From: a virus
Taxonomy: Duplodnaviria; Heunggongvirae; Uroviricota; Caudoviricetes
Length of the DNA: 9,898 bases
Reading direction: 5' to 3' (one strand)
Virus record (IMG/VR): IMGVR_UViG_2698536628_000004
The position numbers were made by a program, and so were the translations under genes. The notes beneath the pieces are model-generated. The model searched no databases and was not told the DNA's origin. It saw only the letters and a program-made list of their open reading frames with translations. The stretch's first letter is position 1. Each line of letters opens with the position of its first letter. Below are positions 1-6,960 of this stretch, piece after piece.

Positions 1-909
1 TCGTTCATTCACGTCTTTGAACCCGTGGAGGACGGGCAGACCCGCGGTGCAAATGTGTTTTACAGCGTGATGGAGCAGATGAAGATGCTCGACACGCTGC
101 AGAACACGCAGCTGCAGAGCGCCATTGTGAAGGCGATGTATGCCGCCACCATTGAGAGTGAGCTGGATACGCAGTCAGCGATGGATTTTATTCTGGGCGC
201 GAACAGTCAGGAGCAGCGGGAAAGGCTGACCGGCTGGATTGGTGAAATTGCCGCGTATTACTCCGCAGCACCGGTCCGTCTGGGAGGCGCAAAAGTGCCG
301 CACCTGATGCCGGGGGACTCACTGAACCTGCAGACGGCTCAGGACACGGATAACGGCTACTCCGTGTTTGAGCAGTCACTGCTGCGGTATATCGCTGCCG
401 GGCTGGGTGTCTCGTATGAGCAGCTTTCCCGGAATTACGCCCAGATGAGCTACTCCACGGCACGGGCCAGTGCGAACGAGTCGTGGGCGTACTTTATGGG
501 GCGGCGAAAATTCGTCGCATCCCGTCAGGCGAGCCAGATGTTTCTGTGCTGGCTGGAAGAGGCCATCGTTCGCCGCGTGGTGACGTTACCTTCAAAAGCG
601 CGCTTCAGCTTTCAGGAAGCCCGCAGTGCCTGGGGGAACTGCGACTGGATAGGCTCCGGTCGTATGGCCATCGATGGTCTGAAAGAAGTTCAGGAAGCGG
701 TGATGCTGATAGAAGCCGGACTGAGCACCTACGAGAAAGAGTGCGCGAAACGCGGTGACGACTATCAGGAAATTTTTGCCCAGCAGGTCCGTGAAACGAT
801 GGAGCGCCGCGCAGCCGGTCTTAAACCGCCCGCCTGGGCGGCTGCGGCATTTGAATCCGGGCTGCGACAATCAACAGAGGAGGAGAAGAGTGACAGCAGA
901 GCTGCGTAA
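1..909 (+). CDS. B: Portal protein (lambda gpB-like), 5'-partial; reading frame is open from position 1 and the gene starts upstream of the window
   Basis: Frame open from nt 1 to TAA at 907-909. Translation (…QTRGANVFYSVMEQMKMLDTLQNTQLQSAIVKAMYAATIESELD…) matches my recollection of the C-terminal part of lambda portal gpB. The 20-nt overlap with the downstream C start is as in lambda. Confidence 0.88.
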   Translation, partial: SFIHVFEPVEDGQTRGANVFYSVMEQMKMLDTLQNTQLQSAIVKAMYAATIESELDTQSAMDFILGANSQEQRERLTGWIGEIAAYYSAAPVRLGGAKVPHLMPGDSLNLQTAQDTDNGYSVFEQSLLRYIAAGLGVSYEQLSRNYAQMSYSTARASANESWAYFMGRRKFVASRQASQMFLCWLEEAIVRRVVTLPSKARFSFQEARSAWGNCDWIGSGRMAIDGLKEVQEAVMLIEAGLSTYEKECAKRGDDYQEIFAQQVRETMERRAAGLKPPAWAAAAFESGLRQSTEEEKSDSRAA

Positions 910-2209
910 TCTCCCGCATATTGCCAGCATGGCTTTTAATGAGCCGCTGATGCTTGAACCCGCCTATGCGCGGGTTTTCTTTTGTGCGCTTGCAGGCCAG
1001 CTTGGGATCAGCCGCCTGACGGATGCAGTATCCGGCGACAGCCTGACTGCCGGAGAGGCACCCGCGGCGCTGGCGTTATCCGGTGATGATGACGGACCAC
1101 GACAGGCCCGGAGTTATCAGGTCATGAACGGCATCGCCGTGCTGCCGGTGTCCGGTACGCTGGTCAGCCGGACGCGGGCGCTGCAGCCGTATTCGGGGAT
1201 GACCGGTTACAACGGCATTATCGCCCGTCTGCAACAGGCTGCCAGCGACCCGATGGTGGACGGCATTCTGCTCGATATGGACACACCGGGCGGAATGGTG
1301 GCGGGAGCATTTGACTGTGCTGACATCATCGCCCGTGTGCGTGACATAAAACCGGTATGGGCGCTGGCCAACGACATGAACTGCAGTGCAGGTCAGCTGC
1401 TTGCCAGCGCCGCCTCCCGGCGTCTGGTCACGCAGACCGCCCGGACAGGCTCCATCGGCGTCATGATGGCTCACAGTAATTACGGTGCTGCCCTGGAGAA
1501 ACAGGGCGTGGAAATCACGCTGATTTACAGCGGCAGCCATAAGGTGGATGGCAACCCCTACAGCCATCTACCGGGTGATGTCCGGGAAACACTGCAGTCC
1601 CGGATGGATGCAACCCGCCGGATGTTTGCGCAGAAGGTGTCGGCATATACCGGCCTGTCCGTGCAGGCTGTGCTGGATACCGAGGCTGCAGTGTACAGCG
1701 GTCAGGAGGCCATTGATGCCGGACTGGCTGATGAACTTGTCAACAGCACCGATGCGATCACCGTTATGCGTGATGCACTGGATGCACGTAAATCCCGTCT
1801 CTCAGGAGGGCGAATGACCAAAGAGACTCAATCAACAACTGTTTCAGCCACTGCTTCGCAGGCTGACGTTACTGGCGTGGTGCCAGCGATGGAGGGCGAA
1901 AACGCCAGCGCGGCGCAGCCGGACGTGAACGCGCAGATCACCGCTGCGGTTGCGGCAGAAAACAGCCGCATTATGGGGATCCTCAACTGTGAGGAGGCTC
2001 ACGGACGCGAAGAACAGGCCCGCGTGCTGGCAGAAACCCCCGGTATGACCGTGGAAACGGCCCGCCGCATTCTGGCCGCAGCACCACAGAGTGCACAGGC
2101 GCGCAGTGATACTGCGCTGGATCGTCTGATGCAGGGGGCACCGGCACCGCTGGCTGCAGGTAACCCGGCATCTGATGCCGTTAACGATTTGCTGAACACA
2201 CCAGTGTAA
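890..2209 (+). CDS. C: Head maturation protease / minor capsid protein C (S49/ClpP-like serine protease family)
   Basis: GTG at 890 preceded by AGGAGGAGAAGA (Shine-Dalgarno). Product begins MTAELRNLPHIASMAFNEPLMLEPAYARVFF…, which matches lambda gpC as I recall it. Length is 1320 nt, the same as lambda C. Ser codon AGT at 1385-1387 sits in the NCSAGQ motif, the position I recall as the catalytic Ser166. The ORF-track start at 755 is an upstream in-frame ATG inside B and is not used. Confidence 0.85.
   Translation: MTAELRNLPHIASMAFNEPLMLEPAYARVFFCALAGQLGISRLTDAVSGDSLTAGEAPAALALSGDDDGPRQARSYQVMNGIAVLPVSGTLVSRTRALQPYSGMTGYNGIIARLQQAASDPMVDGILLDMDTPGGMVAGAFDCADIIARVRDIKPVWALANDMNCSAGQLLASAASRRLVTQTARTGSIGVMMAHSNYGAALEKQGVEITLIYSGSHKVDGNPYSHLPGDVRETLQSRMDATRRMFAQKVSAYTGLSVQAVLDTEAAVYSGQEAIDAGLADELVNSTDAITVMRDALDARKSRLSGGRMTKETQSTTVSATASQADVTGVVPAMEGENASAAQPDVNAQITAAVAAENSRIMGILNCEEAHGREEQARVLAETPGMTVETARRILAAAPQSAQARSDTALDRLMQGAPAPLAAGNPASDAVNDLLNTPV
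1604..2209 (+). CDS. Nu3: Capsid scaffolding protein Nu3, nested in the same frame within the 3' part of C and sharing its stop codon
   Basis: In-frame ATG at 1604 (MDATRRMFAQKVSAYTGLSVQ…) gives a 606-nt ORF, identical in length and relative position to lambda Nu3 as I recall it. No separate ORF is visible; the call rests on the known lambda C/Nu3 nested arrangement. Confidence 0.6.
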   Translation: MDATRRMFAQKVSAYTGLSVQAVLDTEAAVYSGQEAIDAGLADELVNSTDAITVMRDALDARKSRLSGGRMTKETQSTTVSATASQADVTGVVPAMEGENASAAQPDVNAQITAAVAAENSRIMGILNCEEAHGREEQARVLAETPGMTVETARRILAAAPQSAQARSDTALDRLMQGAPAPLAAGNPASDAVNDLLNTPV

Positions 2210-2218
2210 GGGATGTTT

Positions 2219-2551
2219 ATGACGAGCAAAGAAACCTTTACCCATTACCAGCCGCTGGGCAACAGTGACCCGGCTCATACCGCAACCGCGCCCGGCGGAT
2301 TGAGTGCGAAAGCGTCTGCAATGACCCCGCTGATGCTGGACACCGCCACCCGTAAGCTGGTTGCGTGGGATGGCACCACCGACGGTGCTGCCGTTGGCAT
2401 TCTTGCGGTTGCTGCTGACCAGACCAGCACCACGCTGACGTTCTACAAGTCCGGCACGTTCCGTTATGAGGATGTGCTCTGGCCGGAGGCTGCCAGCGAC
2501 GAGACGAAAAAACGGACCGCGTTTGCCGGAACGGCAATCAGCATCGTTTAA
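2219..2551 (+). CDS. D: Head decoration protein D
   Basis: ATG at 2219 with AAGGGA Shine-Dalgarno about 8 nt upstream. Product [27 protein letters not shown]…TAISIV is 110 aa and near-identical to lambda gpD as recalled. The ORF-track start at 2213 adds MF, but lambda D starts MTSKE. Confidence 0.9.
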   Translation: MTSKETFTHYQPLGNSDPAHTATAPGGLSAKASAMTPLMLDTATRKLVAWDGTTDGAAVGILAVAADQTSTTLTFYKSGTFRYEDVLWPEAASDETKKRTAFAGTAISIV

Positions 2552-2568
2552 CCTTACCCTTCATCACT

Positions 2569-2593
2569 AAAGGCCGCCTGTGCGGCTTTTTTT
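2569..2593 (+). terminator. GC-rich hairpin followed by T-tract in the D-E intergenic region (intrinsic-terminator-like, or an RNA stability/attenuation element)
   Basis: Stem GCCGC (2573-2577), loop CTGT, stem GCGGC (2582-2586), extendable by flanking A/T and G-U pairs, immediately followed by TTTTTTT (2587-2593). E starts 14 nt later, so any termination would have to be partial. Confidence 0.4.
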
Positions 2594-2606
2594 ACGGGAT
2601 TTTTTT

Positions 2607-3632
2607 ATGTCGATGTACACAACCGCCCAGCTGCTGGCGGCAAATGAGCAGAAATTTAAGTTTGATCCGCTGTTTCTGCGTCTCTTTTTCCGTGAGAGCT
2701 ATCCCTTCACCACGGAGAAAGTCTATCTCTCACAAATTCCGGGACTGGTAAACATGGCGCTGTACGTTTCGCCGATTGTTTCCGGTGAGGTTATCCGTTC
2801 CCGTGGCGGCTCCACCTCTGAATTTACGCCGGGATATGTCAAGCCGAAGCATGAGGTGAATCCGCAGATGACCCTGCGTCGCCTGCCGGATGAAGATCCG
2901 CAGAATCTGGCGGACCCGGCTTACCGCCGCCGTCGCATCATCATGCAGAACATGCGTGACGAAGAGCTGGCCATTGCCCAGGTCGAAGAGATGCAGGCAG
3001 TTTCTGCCGTGCTTAAGGGCAAATACACCATGACCGGTGAAGCCTTTGATCCGGTTGAGGTGGATATGGGCCGCAGTGCGGCAAACAACATCACACAGTC
3101 CGGTGGCACGGAGTGGAGCAAGCGTGACAAGTCCACGTATGACCCGACCGACGATATCGAAGCCTACGCGCTGAACGCCAGCGGCGTGGTGAATATCATC
3201 GTGTTTGATCCGAAAGGATGGGCGCTGTTCCGTTCCTTCAAAGCCGTCAGGGATAAGCTGGATACCCGTCGCGGCTCTCATTCCGAGCTGGAGACAGCGG
3301 TAAAAGACCTGGGCAAAGCGGTGTCTTATAAGGGAATGTATGGCGATGTGGCCATCGTCGTGTATTCCGGACAGTACGTGGAAAACGGCGTCAAAAAGAA
3401 CTTCCTGCCGGACAACACGATGGTGCTGGGGAACACTCAGGCACGCGGTCTGCGTACCTATGGCTGTATTCAGGATGCGGACGCACAGCGCGAAGGCATT
3501 AACGCCTCTGCCCGTTACCCGAAAAACTGGGTGACTACCGGCGATCCGGCGCGAGAGTTCACCATGATTCAGTCAGCACCGCTGATGCTGCTGGCTGACC
3601 CTGATGAGTTCGTGTCTGTACAACTGGCGTAA
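2607..3632 (+). CDS. E: Major capsid protein E
   Basis: ATG at 2607. Product MSMYTTAQLLAANEQKFKFDPLFLRLFFRESYPFTTEKVYLSQIPGLV…FVSVQLA is 341 aa and near-identical to lambda gpE as recalled. The ORF-track start at 2580 lies inside the upstream hairpin and T-tract. Confidence 0.92.
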   Translation: MSMYTTAQLLAANEQKFKFDPLFLRLFFRESYPFTTEKVYLSQIPGLVNMALYVSPIVSGEVIRSRGGSTSEFTPGYVKPKHEVNPQMTLRRLPDEDPQNLADPAYRRRRIIMQNMRDEELAIAQVEEMQAVSAVLKGKYTMTGEAFDPVEVDMGRSAANNITQSGGTEWSKRDKSTYDPTDDIEAYALNASGVVNIIVFDPKGWALFRSFKAVRDKLDTRRGSHSELETAVKDLGKAVSYKGMYGDVAIVVYSGQYVENGVKKNFLPDNTMVLGNTQARGLRTYGCIQDADAQREGINASARYPKNWVTTGDPAREFTMIQSAPLMLLADPDEFVSVQLA

Positions 3633-3634
3633 TC

Positions 3635-3652
3635 ATGGCCCTTCGGGGCCAT
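3635..3652 (+). other. Perfect 7-bp hairpin with TTCG tetraloop in the E-FI intergenic region (possible RNA structure or partial terminator)
   Basis: ATGGCCC (3635-3641), TTCG (3642-3645), GGGCCAT (3646-3652), followed by the T-rich stretch TGTTTCTCTG. Confidence 0.4.
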
Positions 3653-3673
3653 TGTTTCTCTGTGGATGAGTCC

Positions 3674-4069
3674 ATGACGAAAGATGAACTGATTGCCCGT
3701 CTCCGCTCGCTGGGTGAACAACTGAACCGTGATGTCAGCCTGACGGGGACGAAAGAAGAACTGGCGCTCCGTGTGGCAGAGCTGGAAGAGGAGCTTGATG
3801 ACACGGATGACGCAGCCGGTCAGGACACGTCTGTCAGCCCGGAAAATGCGCTGACCGGACATGAAAATGAGGTGGTATCAGCACAGACGGATACCGTGAC
3901 TGATACGGCTGCTCTGGTCACGGTTGTGGCACTGGTGACGCTGCATACCGATGCACTTCACGCCACGCGGGATGAACCTGTGGCATTTGTGCTGCCGGGA
4001 ACGGCGTTTCGTGTCTCTGCCGGTGTGGCAGCCGAAATGACAGAACGTGGCCTGGCCAGAATGCAATAA
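3674..4069 (+). CDS. FI: DNA packaging / head assembly protein FI
   Basis: ATG at 3674 preceded by GGATGAG. Product MTKDELIARLRSLGEQLNRDVSLTGTKEELALRVAELEEELDD… matches lambda gpFI at both termini with a more variable middle. Spacing from the E stop is 42 nt, as in lambda. The ORF-track ATG at 3635 lies inside the hairpin and has no Shine-Dalgarno. Confidence 0.8.
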   Translation: MTKDELIARLRSLGEQLNRDVSLTGTKEELALRVAELEEELDDTDDAAGQDTSVSPENALTGHENEVVSAQTDTVTDTAALVTVVALVTLHTDALHATRDEPVAFVLPGTAFRVSAGVAAEMTERGLARMQ

Positions 4070-4080
4070 CGGGAGGCGCT

Positions 4081-4434
4081 GTGGCTGATTTCGATAACCT
4101 GTTCGATGCTGCCATTGCCCGCGCCGATGAAACGATACGCGGGTACATGGGAACGTCAGCCACCATGACATCCGGTGAGCAGTCCGGCGCAGTAATACGT
4201 GGTGTTTTTGATGACCCTGAAAATATCAGCTATGCCGGACAGGGCGTGCGCGTTGAAGGCTCCAGCCCGTCCCTGTTTGTCCGGACTGATGATGTGCGGC
4301 AGCTGCGGCGTGGAGACACGCTGACCATCGGTGAGGAAAACTTCTGGATAGACCGGATTTCGCCGGATGATGGCGGAAGCTGTCATCTCTGGCTTGGGCG
4401 TGGCGTGCCGCCTGCCGTTAACCGTCGCCGCTGA
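4081..4434 (+). CDS. FII: Head-tail joining protein FII (head completion)
   Basis: GTG start at 4081 preceded by GGGAGG. Product MADFDNLFDAAIARADETIRGYMGTSAT…GVPPAVNRRR is 117 aa and near-identical to lambda gpFII as recalled. Confidence 0.82.
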   Translation: MADFDNLFDAAIARADETIRGYMGTSATMTSGEQSGAVIRGVFDDPENISYAGQGVRVEGSSPSLFVRTDDVRQLRRGDTLTIGEENFWIDRISPDDGGSCHLWLGRGVPPAVNRRR

Positions 4435-4445
4435 AAGGGGGATGT

Positions 4446-5024
4446 ATGGCCATAAAAGGTCTTGAGCAGGCCGTTGAAAACCTCAGCCGTATCAGCAAAA
4501 CGGCGGTGCCCGGTGCGTCAGCAATGGCCATTAACCGCGTTGCTTCATCCGCGATATCGCAGTCTGCGTCACAGGTTGCCCGTGAGACAAAGGTACGCCG
4601 GAAACTGGTAAAGGAAAGGGCCAGGCTGAAAAGGGCCACGGTTAAAAATCCGCAGGCCAGAATCAAGGTTAACCGGGGGGATTTGCCCGTAATCAAGCTG
4701 GGGAATGCGCGGGTTGTCCTGTCCCGACGCAGGCGTCGTAAAAAGGGGCAGCGTTCATCCCTGAAAGGTGGCGGCAGCGTGCTTGTGGTGGGAAACCGTC
4801 GTATTCCCGGCGCGTTTATTCAGCAACTGAAAAATGGGCGGTGGCATGTCATGCAGCGTGTGGCCGGGAAAAACCGTTACCCCATTGATGTGGTGAAAAT
4901 CCCGATGGCGGTGCCGCTTACCACGGCGTTTAAACAGAATATTGAACGGATACGGCGTGAACGTCTTCCGAAAGAGCTGGGCTATGCGCTGCAGCATCAA
5001 CTGAGAATGGTAATAAAGCGATGA
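4446..5024 (+). CDS. Z: Tail completion protein Z
   Basis: ATG at 4446 preceded by AAGGGGGAT. The 192-aa product MAIKGLEQAVENLSRISKTAVPG… matches lambda gpZ as recalled. Confidence 0.85.
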   Translation: MAIKGLEQAVENLSRISKTAVPGASAMAINRVASSAISQSASQVARETKVRRKLVKERARLKRATVKNPQARIKVNRGDLPVIKLGNARVVLSRRRRRKKGQRSSLKGGGSVLVVGNRRIPGAFIQQLKNGRWHVMQRVAGKNRYPIDVVKIPMAVPLTTAFKQNIERIRRERLPKELGYALQHQLRMVIKR

Positions 5025-5416
5025 AACATACTGAACTCCGTGCAGCCGTACTGGATGCACTGGAGAAGCATGACACCGGGGCGACGCTTTTTGATGGTCG
5101 CCCCGCTGTTTTTGATGAGGCGGATTTTCCGGCAGTTGCCGTTTATCTCACCGGCGCTGAATACACGGGCGAAGAGCTGGACAGCGATACCTGGCAGGCG
5201 GAGCTGCATATTGAAGTTTTCCTGCCTGCTCAGGTGCCGGATTCAGAGCTGGATGCGTGGATGGAGTCCCGGATTTATCCGGTGATGAGCGATATCCCGG
5301 CACTGGCAGGACTGATTACCACGATGGTTACGCAGGGCTATGAGTATCGTCGTGATGACGATATGGCGTTATGGAGTTCTGCAGATCTGACTTATTCCAT
5401 TACATACGAGATGTGA
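5021..5416 (+). CDS. U: Tail terminator protein U
   Basis: ATG at 5021 overlaps the Z stop (ATGA), implying translational coupling. The 131-aa product [45 protein letters not shown]… matches lambda gpU as recalled. Confidence 0.85.
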   Translation: MKHTELRAAVLDALEKHDTGATLFDGRPAVFDEADFPAVAVYLTGAEYTGEELDSDTWQAELHIEVFLPAQVPDSELDAWMESRIYPVMSDIPALAGLITTMVTQGYEYRRDDDMALWSSADLTYSITYEM

Positions 5417-5423
5417 GGACGAT

Positions 5424-6084
5424 ATGGCAACACCAAATCCCCTTGAGCCGGTAAAAGGTGCCGGTACCACTCTGTGGGTTTACAACGGTCAGGGTGATGC
5501 TTATGCAAACCCGTTGTCAGACGATGACTGGCAGCGACTGGCTAAGGTGAAGGATCTGACGCCGGGCGAGATGACGGCAGAACCCTACGATGATAACTAC
5601 CTGGATGATGAAGACGCGGACTGGACCGCGACCGGGCAGGGGCAGAAAAGCCTATAAAATCCGTTTCCCAAATGGCACGGTGGATGTGTTCCGTGGCTGG
5701 GTCAGCAGTATCGGTAAGGCCGTGACGGCGAAAGAAGTGATCACCCGCACGGTGAAAGTGACCAACGTGGGCAAACCTTCTGTAGCGGAAGAACGCAGCA
5801 AAATTACGCCGGTCACTGCGATTAAGGTGACGCCGACATCCGGTACGGTGGCAAAAGGGAAAACAACCACCCTGACGGTTTCTTTTGAGCCGGAAAGTGC
5901 AACCGACAAGACGTTCAGAGCGGTTTCCGCCGATCCGTCGAAAGCCACCATTAGTGTGAAAGATATGACAATTACGGTAAACGGCGTGGCGACAGGTAAG
6001 GTGCAGATCCCTGTGGTGAGCGGAAATGGTCAGTTCGCCGCAGTGGCTGAAGTCACCGTTACTGAAGCGGGCGCTGCAGGGTAA
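5424..6084 (+). pseudogene. V: Major tail tube protein V, disrupted by an internal frameshifting deletion: N-terminal fragment 5424-5657 (76 aa), remainder continues in the +1 frame from about 5650 to 6084 and includes the C-terminal Ig-like domain
   Basis: The ATG at 5424 gives [33 protein letters not shown]…[14 protein letters not shown], then a stop at 5655-5657. The +1 frame resumes at [37 protein letters not shown]… and runs to 6084. Relative to lambda gpV as I recall it (…[42 protein letters not shown]…), about 30 codons plus 2 nt are missing at the junction. The total length deficit versus lambda V is consistent with a roughly 92-nt deletion. Confidence 0.65.
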
Positions 6085-6097
6085 ACGGAGGTAATAC

Positions 6098-6520
6098 ATG
6101 TTTCTGAAAACAGAACAATTTGAATATAACGGTGTGTCCGTCACGCTTTCCGAATTGTCTGCGCTGCAGCGGTTTGATTATATAAAGTTTGTTTCAGACG
6201 CAGAACAACAGGAGACAACGAAGCATGATGTCGTGCACATTAACCAGCGATATCTGGAAACGGCATCCCTGCTTGTGGCGATGTCGCTATGGCATTCCCA
6301 TTCCCTCAAAGGCACTCTGGCCTCTCCGGAGACAGAGATGCAGCAGATCCGCCGTGAAGTGATGCTGGGATGGCCTGCTGATGCACTGAATCAGGCAACG
6401 AACCGGGTGCTTTATCTTTCAGGTATGCTGGATAACCGGCACGATGCCGATCCTGAACAAACCGGGAAAGCAGAAGCGACTGAGCCGGTAACATCAAAAA
6501 AGCATTCGAAGGCGAGCTGA
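6098..6520 (+). CDS. G: Tail assembly chaperone G
   Basis: ATG at 6098 preceded by GGAGG. The 140-aa product MFLKTEQFEYNGVSVTLSELSALQRF… resembles lambda gpG at the N-terminus and is divergent after that. Length is 423 nt, the same as lambda G. Confidence 0.8.
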   Translation: MFLKTEQFEYNGVSVTLSELSALQRFDYIKFVSDAEQQETTKHDVVHINQRYLETASLLVAMSLWHSHSLKGTLASPETEMQQIRREVMLGWPADALNQATNRVLYLSGMLDNRHDADPEQTGKAEATEPVTSKKHSKAS

Positions 6521-6960
6521 ACTTTGTCCTGAAACTGGCGCGAGAGATGGGGAGACCCGACTGGCGCGCCATGCTTGCCGGGATGACATCCACCGAATAT
6601 GCCGACTGGCGACGTTTTTACTGCACGCATTATTTTCAGGATACCCAACTGGACGCTCATTTTTCCGGGCTGATGTACGCCGTACTCAGCCTGTTTTTTG
6701 GCGATCCGGATATGCATCCGGCGGATTTCAGTCTGCTTGCTCCAGCGTGTGAGGAAGAGCAGACGGAGATGCCGGACGAGGAAGAAATGCTGATGCAGAA
6801 AGCGACAGGAGTTGCCGGAGGCGTCCGGTTCGGAGGGGACGGAGGGCGCGATATTTCACCTTCTGCGGATGTGGTGGATGTCAGCGAGGATGATGTTGCA
6901 TTAATGATGGCTTCAGCGGGGATTTCCGGAGGTGTGAGATATGTCCCAGCCAGCGGGTGA
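6484..6960 (+). CDS. T: Tail assembly chaperone T-frame segment, expressed only as a G-T fusion by -1 frameshifting from G; no independent start is expected
   Basis: The -1 frame relative to G is open from 6484 to TGA at 6958-6960. Its translation (…REMGRPDWRAMLAGMTSTEYADWRRFYCTHYF…GGVRY…) is homologous to the T portion of lambda gpGT as recalled. The ATG at 6547 in the ORF track is internal. Confidence 0.7.
   Translation, partial: AGNIKKAFEGELNFVLKLAREMGRPDWRAMLAGMTSTEYADWRRFYCTHYFQDTQLDAHFSGLMYAVLSLFFGDPDMHPADFSLLAPACEEEQTEMPDEEEMLMQKATGVAGGVRFGGDGGRDISPSADVVDVSEDDVALMMASAGISGGVRYVPASG
6496..6502 (+). promoter_or_regulatory. Candidate programmed -1 ribosomal frameshift slippery heptamer A_AAA_AAG for G-T fusion synthesis
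   Basis: In the G frame the codons are TCA AAA AAG (6494-6502), so the heptamer A AAA AAG is in X_XXY_YYZ register. The -1 frame is open from 6484 (after TGA at 6481-6483) through to 6960. It lies 16 nt before the G stop. Confidence 0.6.

Noticed and set aside
755-889. Upstream ATG at 755 as the start of C (ORF-track call of 484 aa)
   Set aside because: This stretch overlaps the 3' end of B in another frame. The GTG at 890 has a strong AGGAGG Shine-Dalgarno and gives a product and length matching lambda gpC.
1076-1567. 163-aa ORF on the minus strand, and plus-strand alternative-frame ORF 1548-1817
   Set aside because: Both lie within the C/Nu3 coding region in non-coding frames. Their compositions are not protein-like and the C frame is fully supported.
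2730-3281. 183-aa ORF on the minus strand
   Set aside because: It is antisense to the major capsid gene E, which is near-identical to lambda E. There is no independent evidence for it.
3635-3673. ATG at 3635 as the start of FI
   Set aside because: The ATG is part of the perfect hairpin stem and has no Shine-Dalgarno. The ATG at 3674 reproduces the lambda FI N-terminus (MTKDEL…) and the lambda spacing.
5646-5660. Possible programmed +1 frameshift at CTA TAA in V, instead of a deletion
   Set aside because: CUA to UAU re-pairing is not a plausible +1 slip, and about 30 residues of the conserved V N-domain are missing relative to lambda. A deletion explains both the frame change and the missing sequence.
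5590-6084. ORF-track ATG at 5590 as an independent start for the V C-terminal part
   Set aside because: The first 20 codons are an out-of-frame read of the V N-terminal fragment ([20 protein letters not shown]) with no ribosome-binding site. Homology to V begins only at AYKIRF.
5542-6144. 200-aa ORF on the minus strand
   Set aside because: It is antisense to V and the start of G, with an Arg/His/Cys-rich composition and no supporting signals. It is a by-product of the coding strand's codon bias.
6464-6470. GGGAAAG heptamer, identical to the lambda G-T slippery sequence
   Set aside because: It is out of register (zero-frame codons are GGG AAA G rather than G GGA AAG), and the -1 frame terminates at TGA 6481-6483 a few codons later. 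It may be a relic of the ancestral site but cannot yield a G-T fusion.
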